A DNA stretch of 64,000 nucleotides, taken from NCBI RefSeq assembly GCF_036588685.1, contig NC_086379.1:52452001-52516000 (forward strand), given 5' to 3'. Under the pieces are notes generated by a model. It was given only the letters and a program-made list of their open reading frames with translations, was not told where the DNA came from and searched no databases. This DNA is from Mytilus trossulus (Eukaryota). A program made the translations under genes and the position numbers. This document shows, piece after piece, positions 40,613 through 53,500 of the stretch (its first letter is position 1; every line of letters starts with the position of its first letter).

Positions 40613-43600
40613 ATGATTGTACTCATAGTAACTCTAGCTCTAGTAGTAGGAACTCAAGCACAAATATGCTGTGTTCCTGCACAGTGGGAAGGAACGGAGG
40701 GAACGATTATTGCAGTTTCTCAAAATGATACAGCAGATCCGATGATAGTTACGGTAGGTCAAGTCAAATAAGGATGAAGAAATAGAACGCCGAGGTCGTA
40801 TTTATTGACCCCAAAAAATTCTTTCTCAGAACATCTTGAAGAATATCAGAACCTAATATAGAAATAAATTTTTTAACTGTATTGGCAATTTGCTGGACTG
40901 GAATATCGATTTAAGAATCTCTACCGCCAGATATATTTCAGACAATACACGTATCATATTAAGGATGTCTTTAATTTTTCTAAGACCTCAGGATTTCCTA
41001 AATTATCTGAATCTAGGTAGGAGACATGAACATCGGTGTATTATGTACATGCTTGTTTATCATGTATCTTACAATGTAACATTCGCTTGAACCATTGAAG
41101 AGGTCTTGAACATCAATATTTTATTTCCAAACTCCTAGTAGATAGATATCTTAATTTCAACTTCACATTGTCAATAAATATAATGCGACTTCTTAAAAGC
41201 GAACTGTGGAGGTTCTTTAAGAAACTTAAATAAAAGATTTTTGTCTATTTTTGGAGGTTATATAATATTGACGATTTCAGATATAACTATGAACTCATTT
41301 AATTGTTTTGTTTTTATTTGCAGGGTGCTATAAGTGTTGCGTATGATGCCACCAACAAACGTATCGCTGCAATGTTGTACATGAGTACAGGAGGATATAA
41401 CGGAAATGTTGGTGTCATTTTGAATTATGCACAGGCAAGTACATATTTGAGTTTGTTCAGCATTTCATGTGTATTTTAGTCTAGACGTTGTATAATGAAC
41501 TGTCGATGTGACCTCATATTGAACCGACAGTCATAAAACCAAACATAGATAGAACTAGAAAGCGACTACGTGCAATTGGATATTTCTAGGTCTGTTTAAT
41601 TTTTGTTCAGCCTGCAACTTTGGTAGCAAAAGCCAGACATAGCGATCCTACAATTCCCTCGTCAGCGGTGGCGGCGTCCACTAATCTTCACTCTGTGATT
41701 TCCGTTTTTGAAATTTTAAATACTACCTTTAACTGTCCGGGATTTCTAATAAACTTGGACAGAACTATGCTTATCAATTGTATACCTTTTAAAATACGAT
41801 ACTTATAGACTGTAACCGTGAAGATTTAAATTTGAAATGTGATTGTCTATCAAATGATAAAATCTCTCTTCGTTATTTCAGGGCATTCAATACACAGTTA
41901 GTGGCAATAACTGCACTAGAACACCTCTTGGAGCATTTGTTCCTAACTGTATTCCAAGTAAGTAACCTCTTTATTAGTTTACTAAACTCGACAATTTTTT
42001 AAGCCAATATGTGTTTTTCTCTAGTATTTTCGGTATTCAATCTCTCTGTAGGTGTTAAACGATTGGAATTATTATCCAATGTCTCCTTTCATTCATAAAG
42101 ATATATAATAAAAGAACATATTTCTTTAAAAAAAAATTACTTCTCTTGGGTTTTTGTTTTAGCTGGGTGGCGGGTCCATTGTCCTATACTACAAACTGTC
42201 CTGATTGTTGTATTGGATGAACTATTCACACACTTGGTGATTAGTCAAACCAAATATAAAGCAATCTTCTTAGGATGCTAATGTGGGACTGGTGGTTGCT
42301 TTCTAAATGCCCAGTGGCAAATATTTCAAACAAGTTTGTAAGGACAACAATTTACATTTGATGTACATGTATTAAGTATGTGCAAGAGCTACAGTTTTTC
42401 AATTAATGGGTGTTATCTAAATTATAAAGCTATTTATCATTTAATGTAGGCTGCATATGTATGAACACATTTTAATTCAAACTTAAAATTAAAATCATGT
42501 ATGTAAAACACATATTATATCTCCCTTCTACGTTTTAACCTTTAGGTGATGCTAAATTGCAGAGATCAAGCTATATGGGACCTCCCAGTAACAAGATGAT
42601 GATAAATTCATACACCTACATGAGAGGACCATTAGAAGTTGGTGTAACAGTAACAGCTAATACATGTGTACCAGTGGGAGAGTTGATCAATGGTCAAACT
42701 CCAAATGGTACATTTTTTTTAATTTATTGTGTGTATGTTATCTTATCTGAAATTATTATCATAGAAGAAAAACAATAATCATTGTTAAAATATAAGATGT
42801 GATGTCCTCAGTGAATCAGCTGCCCACTTAAGACCACGTGAACAGGTAGGGGTTCATCTAAATCCCCCATATTGGAAAATAAGCAAACATAAGCATTTTT
42901 ACATAACTTTTTAAATTATTGAAAACAAAACTAAAATTCAAGATAGATTTGAATGAGCATAGAACAATAAACAAAACACTTTTTATTTTAACTCGATTCA
43001 CAAATAAATACTTCTCTGTTGTTCTTAAAGACTCCTGTAAATTGATTCCAAGTGTGCATAACTTCTTTTTTATTCCGAATTGCTGCAAATAAAAAGAATC
43101 TTCCTTCCTGGCAACAATTATTACCATAACATACTGCATAATCTTATTGTTTCATTTTTAGAATTTGTTATACAGAGTGTTGGTTTCAGTAACATTACTC
43201 CAGGAATAAGCAAGGCTGATTCATTTACTCCACCCAGCAGCTGTTTAAACAGTCCTTTGGTCCAAGCTGTAAGTAGCTAGTATCACAACATTCATTTTGT
43301 AACCTAGGCCAATGAGGGCAGGAAACAGGGGCATTAAAAGCTTTGCATGCATGAGAGAAAGTAAGGCAGATACCTAAGAATTCTTTGAGGGCCATTGTTT
43401 GCCTTATATAATAAAAGCGTTAAAGATTATCAATCAAAGAGGATAAATTTACACTTCTACCCAATATATCATAAATAAAAGTGGAAAGATTATTTTTGGA
43501 AAACTTGAACAAAAGAAATTGATCCAGTCAGTCAGTGTTAGTCAACATTACAGAGTACAGACATACATGTATTTGAAATTCTTGTCTTGCTGAATTCTTC

Positions 43601-43856
43601 TATTAGAAAAGTTAACAGTAAAAGGTATGGTTTACTTTTTAAATTGTTACTTGGATGGAGAGTTGTCTCATTGGCACTCACACCACATCTTCCTATATCT
43701 ATTCAGAATTTAAATTTAATTTCACAACTGTATCTATAATTCAGCAGTTTCTGTTTGAGATTGATTACAATTGCAATAAATTTCTTTTCTTGTTTTCAGA
43801 ACTTGATTCCAATGCAAGGCAGACTTTTGAGAAGATACTTAGATTTATTGCCATAG
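40613..43856 (+). CDS. EPDR: Ependymin-related protein, copy 3 (complete)
   Basis: Exons 40613-40753, 41324-41434, 41882-41957, 42546-42707, 43162-43268, 43800-43856. Differences seen only in intron 4 and downstream. Confidence 0.85.
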
Positions 43857-46136
43857 GCAAATTTCATATGATGCCCATTGTGCACTTCAATAAACAGGAT
43901 AAAATACTTGTCATGCATCTTTGAACATATTGTAATTTTTCAAAATAAACTTATTTTTTGTGTGAATTTTGAAAGATTCCCATTTATTTGGTAGCTCTAA
44001 AACAGGAATTACAAGAATGTGTCCTTAGTACACGGATGCATATCACTTTCTATGTTCAATGGACTGTAATATTCTGGTAAAAACTAAAATTTGCATTAGA
44101 TTAGAAGGATCATAATATTCTGGTAAAAACTAAAATTTGCATTAGATTAGAAAGATCATATCATAGTGAACATGCATTTCAGGTTGATTGGACCAAAACC
44201 TCAGCAAAACTTTCTTGACCAAAAACTTTAACCTGAAGCATGAAAGAAAAACAAAGAGATGGACCAACAGAATAACAAACAGACACACAGACCGAAAAAA
44301 ACATAATGCCCTTTAGTAGGGCATAAAAATCCTGAACATAGAAAGGAAACGCATCTGCATCTTTATCACTGTAGATATATTGGGGACAATGCTATGCAAC
44401 TTTGCATATAAAATAGGGAAGATATGGTATTATTGCCAATGAGACAACTATCCACAAAAGACCAAATGACATATAAATTAATAAATATAGGTAATTGTAG
44501 GGCCTTCATCACAACAATGAGCAAAACCTGTACTGCATAGTAAGCTATACATGGCCTCCAAATGACCAATGTAAAACTATTCAAAAAGTAAAACTAACAG
44601 CCTATTCAGTAACAAACAATCACTGAATTACAGGCTCCTTACATAGGAAAGGTGCATACAGAGTGTGGCGGGGTTAAAACTATTTTGAAGGTGTCAACCT
44701 TCCCTCTAATCTTGGTTGGAAAAGCTTAATTTTTCACATATGAGAAAATTAACAACAGGAAGTCCTTTTTATCATTTAATGATGACAACACTATTTAATC
44801 TAATGTTTGTACACAATTTTAACAGTGCAACATTTTGATTCTATAACAAATAAAGCACATTAAGCAAAAAGCATATTTTTGATTTCAAGTAAACATTCTT
44901 GGCAGTAATAATACTTTACATGTAAAGTTTTAACTAATCTCATTTTCAATTTACCAGCAAACTACATTATGATAAGAGAAACATTATAATGAATAAGTCA
45001 ATGCCTGCATAATAGTTACGAAATTAATAATGACATTTGTAAAAGAAAAAAAAATCATTCATTCACCCTTGATTTTATAACAATAACACATATTCAGCAA
45101 AATTAAAGTATATTTTTGACAATAAATTATAATCTAAACCCTAGTATGACCTATTAAATAAATTTAGATTTTTCAAATAACTTTAGTCTAGTTTTGACAT
45201 GAAAATATCAGCCATGCAAACTTTTAGCCTTAACAGTTTGCTAAAAGCTGAAAATTAAAACAGAATATATGAATTATTGACAGATCTGTAAAAGTGAACA
45301 CATTCCTGTTGGCCCCATATCAAAAACTAACAAATGAAAAATAACTCGTTTTTATTCTTCAAAATTATCCACAAATAAGTGATCTCCTGAAATTAATTAT
45401 GTTTTGCAATACATATAAAGACAAAATAAAAAGCTACTATGCATTAAAACATGGATGATATATGCAAAAACAGAATAATAATAAATGAATAAAAAATAAA
45501 CACAACCTAATTGAGCTGCCTTTTGAATCTTTCAAAATAAATGTACTGGAACTGTACTACAGCCATTTGACCTGCTATACAAATGTTTAATTGCACTGTA
45601 AAAAAACCCAAATAAACAGAGTATCTGAGATTCTCCTAAAATAATATTGTAATGCAAGTTATCATTTAAATATTACAACTTATAAACCACCAATAAAATC
45701 AATTATCTATTGCTTATCTTACAAAATCATATTTATATTATGATATTTACAAATCTTATGATTAATCATTTCCCTAAATTAAGAGATTCCATATTTCTAG
45801 AATATTGATAAAATTTCTATGACACCTTTGGCTCGACTAAATTAACCAGGGAAGACACAATCAAGAATACATTTTGTCATTTTATTTCAAGAAATGCAGC
45901 ATTTGAATGGTTATTGAAGAAAAAAAGAAAGAAAAAATTAAATTAAATTTCCAATATCTCTGGAATAAATCTTTGGATACTGTTTTTTATTCTATTTTTT
46001 TCTGATTTGAGTGTAAAAATACAGCAAAGCTGTACTGTGGAAAGTATCACAGTGATAACATTTTGAAGTTAACAGAAAAAGTTCACCTGTTGATTACAAA
46101 GCAAACTGAACTAATAATAACGATAACATACATCTA

Positions 46137-46435
46137 AAACAAGATTGTGTCCCAAGTACACGGATGCCTCACTTGCACTATCATTTTTTATGTTCAGTGG
46201 ACTGTGAAATTGGGGTAAAAACTCTAATTGTGCATTAATTTTGATGCAAAATTAGAAAGATCATATCATAGGAAACATGTGTACTAAATTTCAAGTTGAT
46301 TGAACTTCAACTTCATCAAAAACTACCTTGACCATGAACTTTAATCTAAAGCGGGACGAAAGAAAGGACAGACGAACAGACCCACAGACCAGAAAACATA
46401 ATGCCCCTTTACTATCGTAGGTGGGGCATAAAAAA
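46137..46435 (-). mobile_element. HINE-like element containing the right breakpoint of the tandem array
   Basis: AAACAAGATTGTGTCCCAAGTACACGGATGCC ... ATGCCCC(TTTACTATCGTAGGT)GGGGCATAAAAA hairpin end. It is complete here but truncated after AGATCATAT at 23799 and 35033. Confidence 0.65.
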
Positions 46436-47537
46436 TTGAGTTAAAGATATAAGAGTTCTTTTTCTGCTATGCAGTCAAACAAATAAACAAAATTTCTGTA
46501 TATAAATACTAATGAAAAGTTACTTTTAAACTGCAAGGGAGCCAACTTACATGCAATTGTTTCTCATATTTACAATAATCTTTTAATATGAAGGTTCCAT
46601 ATAAAATACATATATAGAACCAGAGAAGACACATTCAAATCTTTCCAATGGGTGGATTTGATACTTTTTTGTACTGTGAATATGTAAGAGAAGTTCTATA
46701 ATAACCTCTAAAGAAGGTCACCCCTTTTACACATTGCTTTCCTTGGGTACAATGTACCATGTATATGTTTTAAAGGAACAGCTGTATAAACTGTAAAGTA
46801 TTCATCTTATAACAGTCATTTTTAGAGGCAAATTTTATGTGGTTTTGAGCAAATTAAATAGTACATGTACCAATGCATAATTATTGATATCAACAAAAAA
46901 ATAAAAACAACTAATAACTTATTCTTATAAAATAAACACCTTTCTAAACAAATAATAATAAAAGTTTATACATAAATTTTCAAGATGTTTTTTTAACAAA
47001 CAAAATAAATATTTGGTGTATTTTTCAAGTCCTTCAGGTAAATCCCAGACAATGGTTGAATACACTACAACTACAAACCCTGTTTTGTCACTTCATAAAT
47101 AATTTGTGAATCATTGTTTTTAGGTTTTTATTTTATGCATCTTTATATAGTGTACTAAAACAAATTCCTCTCAGAAAACAAAATTCCATTCCATTTTCCT
47201 TTGCATAATAAATATACATCATGTACTTTAATTTCCATCATTCTACAATCTAGCACTTACAATGATTTCAAGTACAGACAACATTACACTTATTTTATTA
47301 TGCATATTCTATTTCCAATTGTTTACCTTCTTTGAACAATATGATTGTTCAAAATTTTCAGGCACATTCTTGCCTAGATATATGTTGATACATGTATTTT
47401 TACCCTGTAGCTAATATTTCCCTTGAAGCTGGTTAATATTGAAGTCATGGTTCCTTTCCTGGAAGCAAATCTATGTGTTTGATATATTGGTTAACTGTTA
47501 TACAGATTGTCAGTTTTGTTTTTGGATGTAAGAGAAT

Positions 47538-50500
47538 TTATGGCCTATCCTGCTCTGCTGGAATTCCATGAACTCTAAATCTGTACAGACATGTAAACAT
47601 TTGGTTTCCATGGTTACTTGTTATTCGTAATTCTATAAACTTGAAGTTGCCCTTTGCAGCCTGCAAGAAAAATATATGTACAAGTTAAAAGCATGATGGG
47701 AATAAATTGATGATTATTAGACAGGTGATAGCAAAATAAATACCTGCTACATATATATTTTAACAACACATCATTATATAGGGTTATTCGAAGTAGTTGC
47801 ATTATACAGTTGGGTCAAAAGTATTTCTATTATAACAATTACAATATATTTGAAGTCTCTATTTTCATCTGTGCCTCTTTTATTAAAATTTTATACAGTG
47901 TTTGTTGTCATTTGTTGCTATCTATCATTTTGGGTTTTTGTTCATTATTTTGTGCATAAACCAGGCTGTTAGTTTTTTTGTTTGATTGTGACCTATAGTT
48001 GTTCATTTCTATATTATTTGGTCTTTTGTGGAGAGTAGTCTCCTTAGCAATCATACCACTTCTTCTTATTTCAATATTCCATCTTTATTGTATGTTAGAA
48101 TTATCTTACCTGCACAGGGAAAAACTGGAGTGGTTTTCCATCTTCATTGTATGTATAATTTCCTAGAAGTGTACCGTCTGTATCACATTCTCTGCCTAAA
48201 CCCTAAAATAAGATTATGATTAAGAATTTAAGACATTATAAAGTTGCTTTGTTCTGTAATGGAAATTTCCATAATAGAAATGGGAATAACAGAAAATATA
48301 AATATCTTAATCTATTTTTTAAACAGAAAAGTAAAGAAAAGAAAACAGAAAATATTTACATCAAGTACAAACCCATTGTACAAACCAATTTCAAGTCAAT
48401 AGTATGTCCCTTATACAATACTAGTGGTGTAAGGGCAAGCTTCCTACTATTATATACTTGACACATTTATTTAAAGGTGCAAAGATGTTATAATTTATGT
48501 TGTTTATATTTCTAATCAAGAAGCACTTTTTATAATTGAAAATATCATTCATATCCATTTATAATACATTTAAATGTACCAAATACTGGATACTTTTCCA
48601 CAAAAATGGTTGACATTATGATGTGTATGTATTTTCACCAGTTAGTTTAAGCCTTCAACTCATTCCAATAAGAAAGCAAATGATAAACATAACCTACCAG
48701 TACATGGAAATCTTTAGGAGCACTTGTAATTTTACCATCAGGTGTCACAGATTTAGGTATGTGTTCTAATGTAAAGGCTGTTGGGTTTATAACAGTAGAC
48801 AACTCTATCACTAAATATCCTTGGGCTCCTTGGAAAGCCCAACAAGATCCGGGGTAAATTTCTGGCTGAAAAAACAAACAATAAATTGCTATAAAATTAT
48901 GAGGTTGAAATTACTAAAATAGTTCTCACAGCATGCATATTTTGCAGTTTCAAGTTAATATTTTTAAAGGTAACTCTTGCAAGTCGGTAGAGAAGGTTGT
49001 CTATAGAATATTCATACATATTGTATAATAATATTTCTTCAGATATAATATAGAGTGCATTATTTGCTGTTTTGGATGTTAATATAATTGACATAATTAG
49101 ACAGGATCTAAACTTTGAAGGCATACTTTAGTAGATCTATATGTTCTTACATAACTTTTTATATAAAAAATATGAATTTATTAAATTTTTATGTTTGGCT
49201 GTAGCAGATTCTTTCAAGTATTCATTCAATATTCTGCATAATCTTACCTGAATAACAGTCCTTGGTGAGTTAGACACATACCACAGTGGTATGCCTAGTA
49301 TACTATACTGAGCTGTTTTACGACGGTATGTGTGACTTACCTGAATAACAGTCCTTGGTGAGTTAGACACATACCACAGTGGTATACCTAGTATACTATA
49401 CTGAGCTGTTTTACGACGGTATGTGTGACTTACCTGAATAACAGTCCTTGGTGAGTTAGACACATACCACAGTGGTATGCCTAGTATACTATACTGAGCT
49501 GTTTTACGACGGTATGTGTGACTTACCTGAATAACAGTCCTTGGTGAGTTAGACACATACCACAGTGGTATACCTAGTATACTATACTGAGCTGTTTTAC
49601 GATGGTATGTATGAGAACATCTGGTACTGACAACACTCCCTCCTGTAACATTGTTTATATGTAAATATTTTCAAATGGATCATTTTTAAACAATATGTAA
49701 TTAAATTAGCTATACAATCAAAAAACTGTTTTTTGACTGCACTAGAATATACCAGTCTGATAAGAAATGCTTTATATGACTTATGAATGTTAAGTTTTTA
49801 AATTTAAGTATTCCTTTTTTGGAAGGTTGATTTTGAGCAAAAGAAAACTAGTCTGCTTAGACATGTTTCAATGACTATTGAATGGTTTGATAGGTTATAA
49901 GTTCAACAGTGTCGACTTCCTTGTGTCCCTACATTCCATTCACAGATTTAAACAATTTTGCTGGTCATTTATGTAATTTATGTAATTTGTCCAATTTATT
50001 ACATGTTGTTTATAAAATAACTATGACAAACTAGACAAAGTATTTGCAGATTTCTGAGTATTTCTTTAAGAAAATAGTATACCCATTGCTGTTATCAACA
50101 ATCACTCCCTTATTATACCTTGTTTTAACTTTTTTCATATGTAAATACATAAACAATATTAAAAGCAAAATTGAGTTTACATACAGGTTTGAGAATACAA
50201 TAAAGACAAGACAGCAATACATACCTGCAGATTCCAGAGCAAAATCTGGCAAAGCCAATTTATCTGCACTGTACTTCAACAAAGCTGCCTCTACTATTCT
50301 TTGTACAATCTGTAAAAAAAGTCCAAATAATTAATATAAGTTTTATTTCCAAAAATACAATATTCATTTTTATATACACAGCACTGGTTAAAACAAAAAT
50401 CTGATAAAGCTCTGAATTATCGCCACTGTCTCAAATAAATCTTGGTTGATTTTATTGCTACTGACTTAAAATAGTTTTTGTCTTTGATTTCTTTTGAATT

Positions 50501-53500
50501 TTCTTTGATTTTTTTTGTTTGGTAATTTTTATTTTTTTTTAAATTTACTGTGGATTCATTATTATTCATTGGATACCAATTTTTGTTAATTTCATGGGTG
50601 CGGGTAAATCAGAAAATTAAATGTTCAATGAATGACAAATTTTCTATAGGCTTATATGTGGACCGCTGCAAAACCACAAAATTAAATGTCCACGAACATG
50701 CAAGTTTTCCTTTTTCCATGAAAATTGGTACCAACAAAAATAAATGAATCCACAGTAGTTTTGTCTAAGGAATCGGTTTTATGCACTAATATTTCATCCT
50801 ATCATCTTTACCTAGTATTGACATACAGTAATTTACCTGTTCCGACAAACCTCCCTCTCCAAGAACAACTTGTGTCTTCTGTTGTTTTCCTACTTCTAAC
50901 ATGACCATCTTGGTAATCTCCTGACCAAACTTATCCATATGGTCAGTTAAATCATTTCGACTGATATAGTGATTATGGAACCATTTAGTGAATGAGTCTT
51001 GGTCATCTATACCTGTCATTTTACCTGCCATCAACTGAAAGATAATTAATCAAAATATAAACACACACATTTTGAGGCACTAATAGAAAAACATTCCTTG
51101 CATGTAACATATGTTTTTATGACAAAAGGCAATCAAGCATCGTACCTGACAAATCTATTCAATATATAATTGATTCCTTTTTGTTTAAGCCAAAAAAACT
51201 GCACAGGATGGGTACTTCAAAAATGAAAATTCATTTTTTGTTTCATAGCATACTACAAAAGGCACATAATTGCAATGATTAGACTGTTGTTGAAATTTAA
51301 CAATAATTAATGTATGCACCAAATTCTGAAAATTATTGTTTAACTATATTTTGATTTGTTTCTTTTCTTGTTGTATATATACAAGACACCAATAAGAAAA
51401 CAAGAAAGTAGTCTTATAACAATACCAGGTACCCTCTAGTCTACATTTTGTCCTCTTATTCTAAATTTTCTGTATTTAAAATGCTTTTTAAATGCCTGTC
51501 CCAAGTCAGGAGCCTCTGGCCTTTGTTAGTCTTGTATTATTTTAATTTTAGTTTCTTGTGTACAATTTGGAAATTAGTATGGCGTTCATTATCACTGAAC
51601 TAGTATATATTTGTTTAGGGGCCAGCTGAAGGACGCCTCCGGGTGCGGGAATTTCTCGCTACATTGAAGACCTGTTGATGACCTTCTGCTGTTGTTTTTT
51701 TATTTGGTCGGGTTGTTGTCTCTTTGACACATTCCCCATTTCCATTCTCAATTTTATTTTAAAATTACAATTATAAAAATCAGGCAGATTATAATTCAAA
51801 TTTAGACACCATTTCAAGAAAATATAAACAAATTACTACAAACAATAAAATGCTTCTGGATTCTACAAGGAAGGCGTAAGTGAGGAAGACCAAAAAACAC
51901 ATGGAGACGTACTATAGAAGGAGGACTGAAGACCATGAACAAAACATGGGGAACAGTAGAAAAGATGGCCTAAGACAGACAGAAATAGAGAACCTTTGTT
52001 ACTGCCATACATGCCGATGGAATACCGGGCAGTAAGTAAGTGAGTAAGCTCAGCCTGATACGACCGCATAGGTTGAACCCAGAACAGTTGGTGCAAGTTT
52101 GGACATAATATTCAAGCCTGATACTGTCTGAATTTGGATTGTTATCAATTTGTTTTACATAAAAAAAGGTTTCTGCCACAAAATAAATGTGGTAAAAAAT
52201 TGTAAAAATTTGAATTGGGTTGAAATACTTGTATAAATTTCATTTGAAGATTTTTTGCTATTTATGCAATACTGTGCAATTGGATATTTCTAGCAATCGT
52301 GCAATACTGTGCAATTGGATATTTCTAGCTTTCGGGCAATACTGTGCAATTGGATATTTCTTACTATTGCACAACACTATGCTATTGGAGACTTCTTGCT
52401 CATGTGCAGTATTGTGCTATTGCTCAATACTGTGCAATGGAATATTTTTTGCTTTTGTGCAGTACTGTGCAATTGAAGATTTCTTGCTATTGAGCAATAC
52501 TGTGCAATTGAAGATTTCAATTCTGTGCTATTACCCAACACTATGCAATTGAAGATTTCCTGCTATTGCACAATACTGTACTATTGCACTGTTCTTTATA
52601 TAATTTACACATCATTTTTAGGTGTGTATCTCCTGTTGTATCAGTATTTTTTGCTTTTATGTATAAATCAGAGAGAATCAATGTAAAAATGGAAAATGTT
52701 TTAAGATAAAAAAAAAAACTCAATCCCAGCTGTCCCTTTATGGTATGGTTCCTTGCAGGACAATTTCAGAGAGATCCATACACTTAAACACAAGTTATTG
52801 TCTGGAAACTACAGAAATGCTTGTTTGAGGCCCCTTTTTGGCCCTTTCTTTCTAAACTGTCGGTACCTAAATCAATCCCAACATTCCTTTTGTGGTATTG
52901 AACCTTCAGGTAAAATTTCATAGAGATAAAAAATAAATGTTTGCGGTCGTATAAAAATAAAGTCTGTTCTGACAAGCGCATGTAAGTTACATATACTATT
53001 TTTATTTTACAAAGTTTGTACCATGACCTACCTGTTGTAATATCCTATTGACATGTGTTTGTATAGTCATGGCATAAAAACTGTCATTCTTACAACAGTT
53101 CTTCATCTGTAATTGTAGTGCATCTTGTGATAACTCAACGTTCTTCAAAGCAGACTTTAGATCTGATATTTCTTGTTGTAATTTTTGTATGTTTAAAACA
53201 GCTGCTGATGACTCTGAACTACCTTCACTGAAAATAAATGTACATACTTGTTAAAAATTTGCTTTATTAAAAATTAAACAAAATTCTGAAAACAAATGAA
53301 TAAAATGTGTGAGTCTTTACCTGCTTTCTCTAAATAACAAATGTTCATGTCTGACTATAATGGTAATAATATTGATATCAGAGACAAATACAGGTGTAAT
53401 GTTGGCTGCAAGAATGTACCAATAATCTTCTGTACAAGAGCAATTAATTTGGGCTATGATTTATCTATTTCTGTTGGTTCATAAACCAAAAGAAGTTCAT

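Larger units (their letters stand above)
12564..46266 (+). repeat. Three-copy direct tandem segmental repeat, unit ~11,234 bp (starts 12564, 23798, 35032)
   Basis: The ORF track repeats with offsets of 11233-11235. The junction AGAAAGATCAT-AT-TTTTCACAAATTAAG is identical at 23798 and 35032. Only a few differences between copies were seen by eye. Confidence 0.97.

Noticed and set aside
49243-49614. CRISPR-like array
   Set aside because: The units are contiguous with no unique spacers, derive from a SUN exon, and there are no cas genes.
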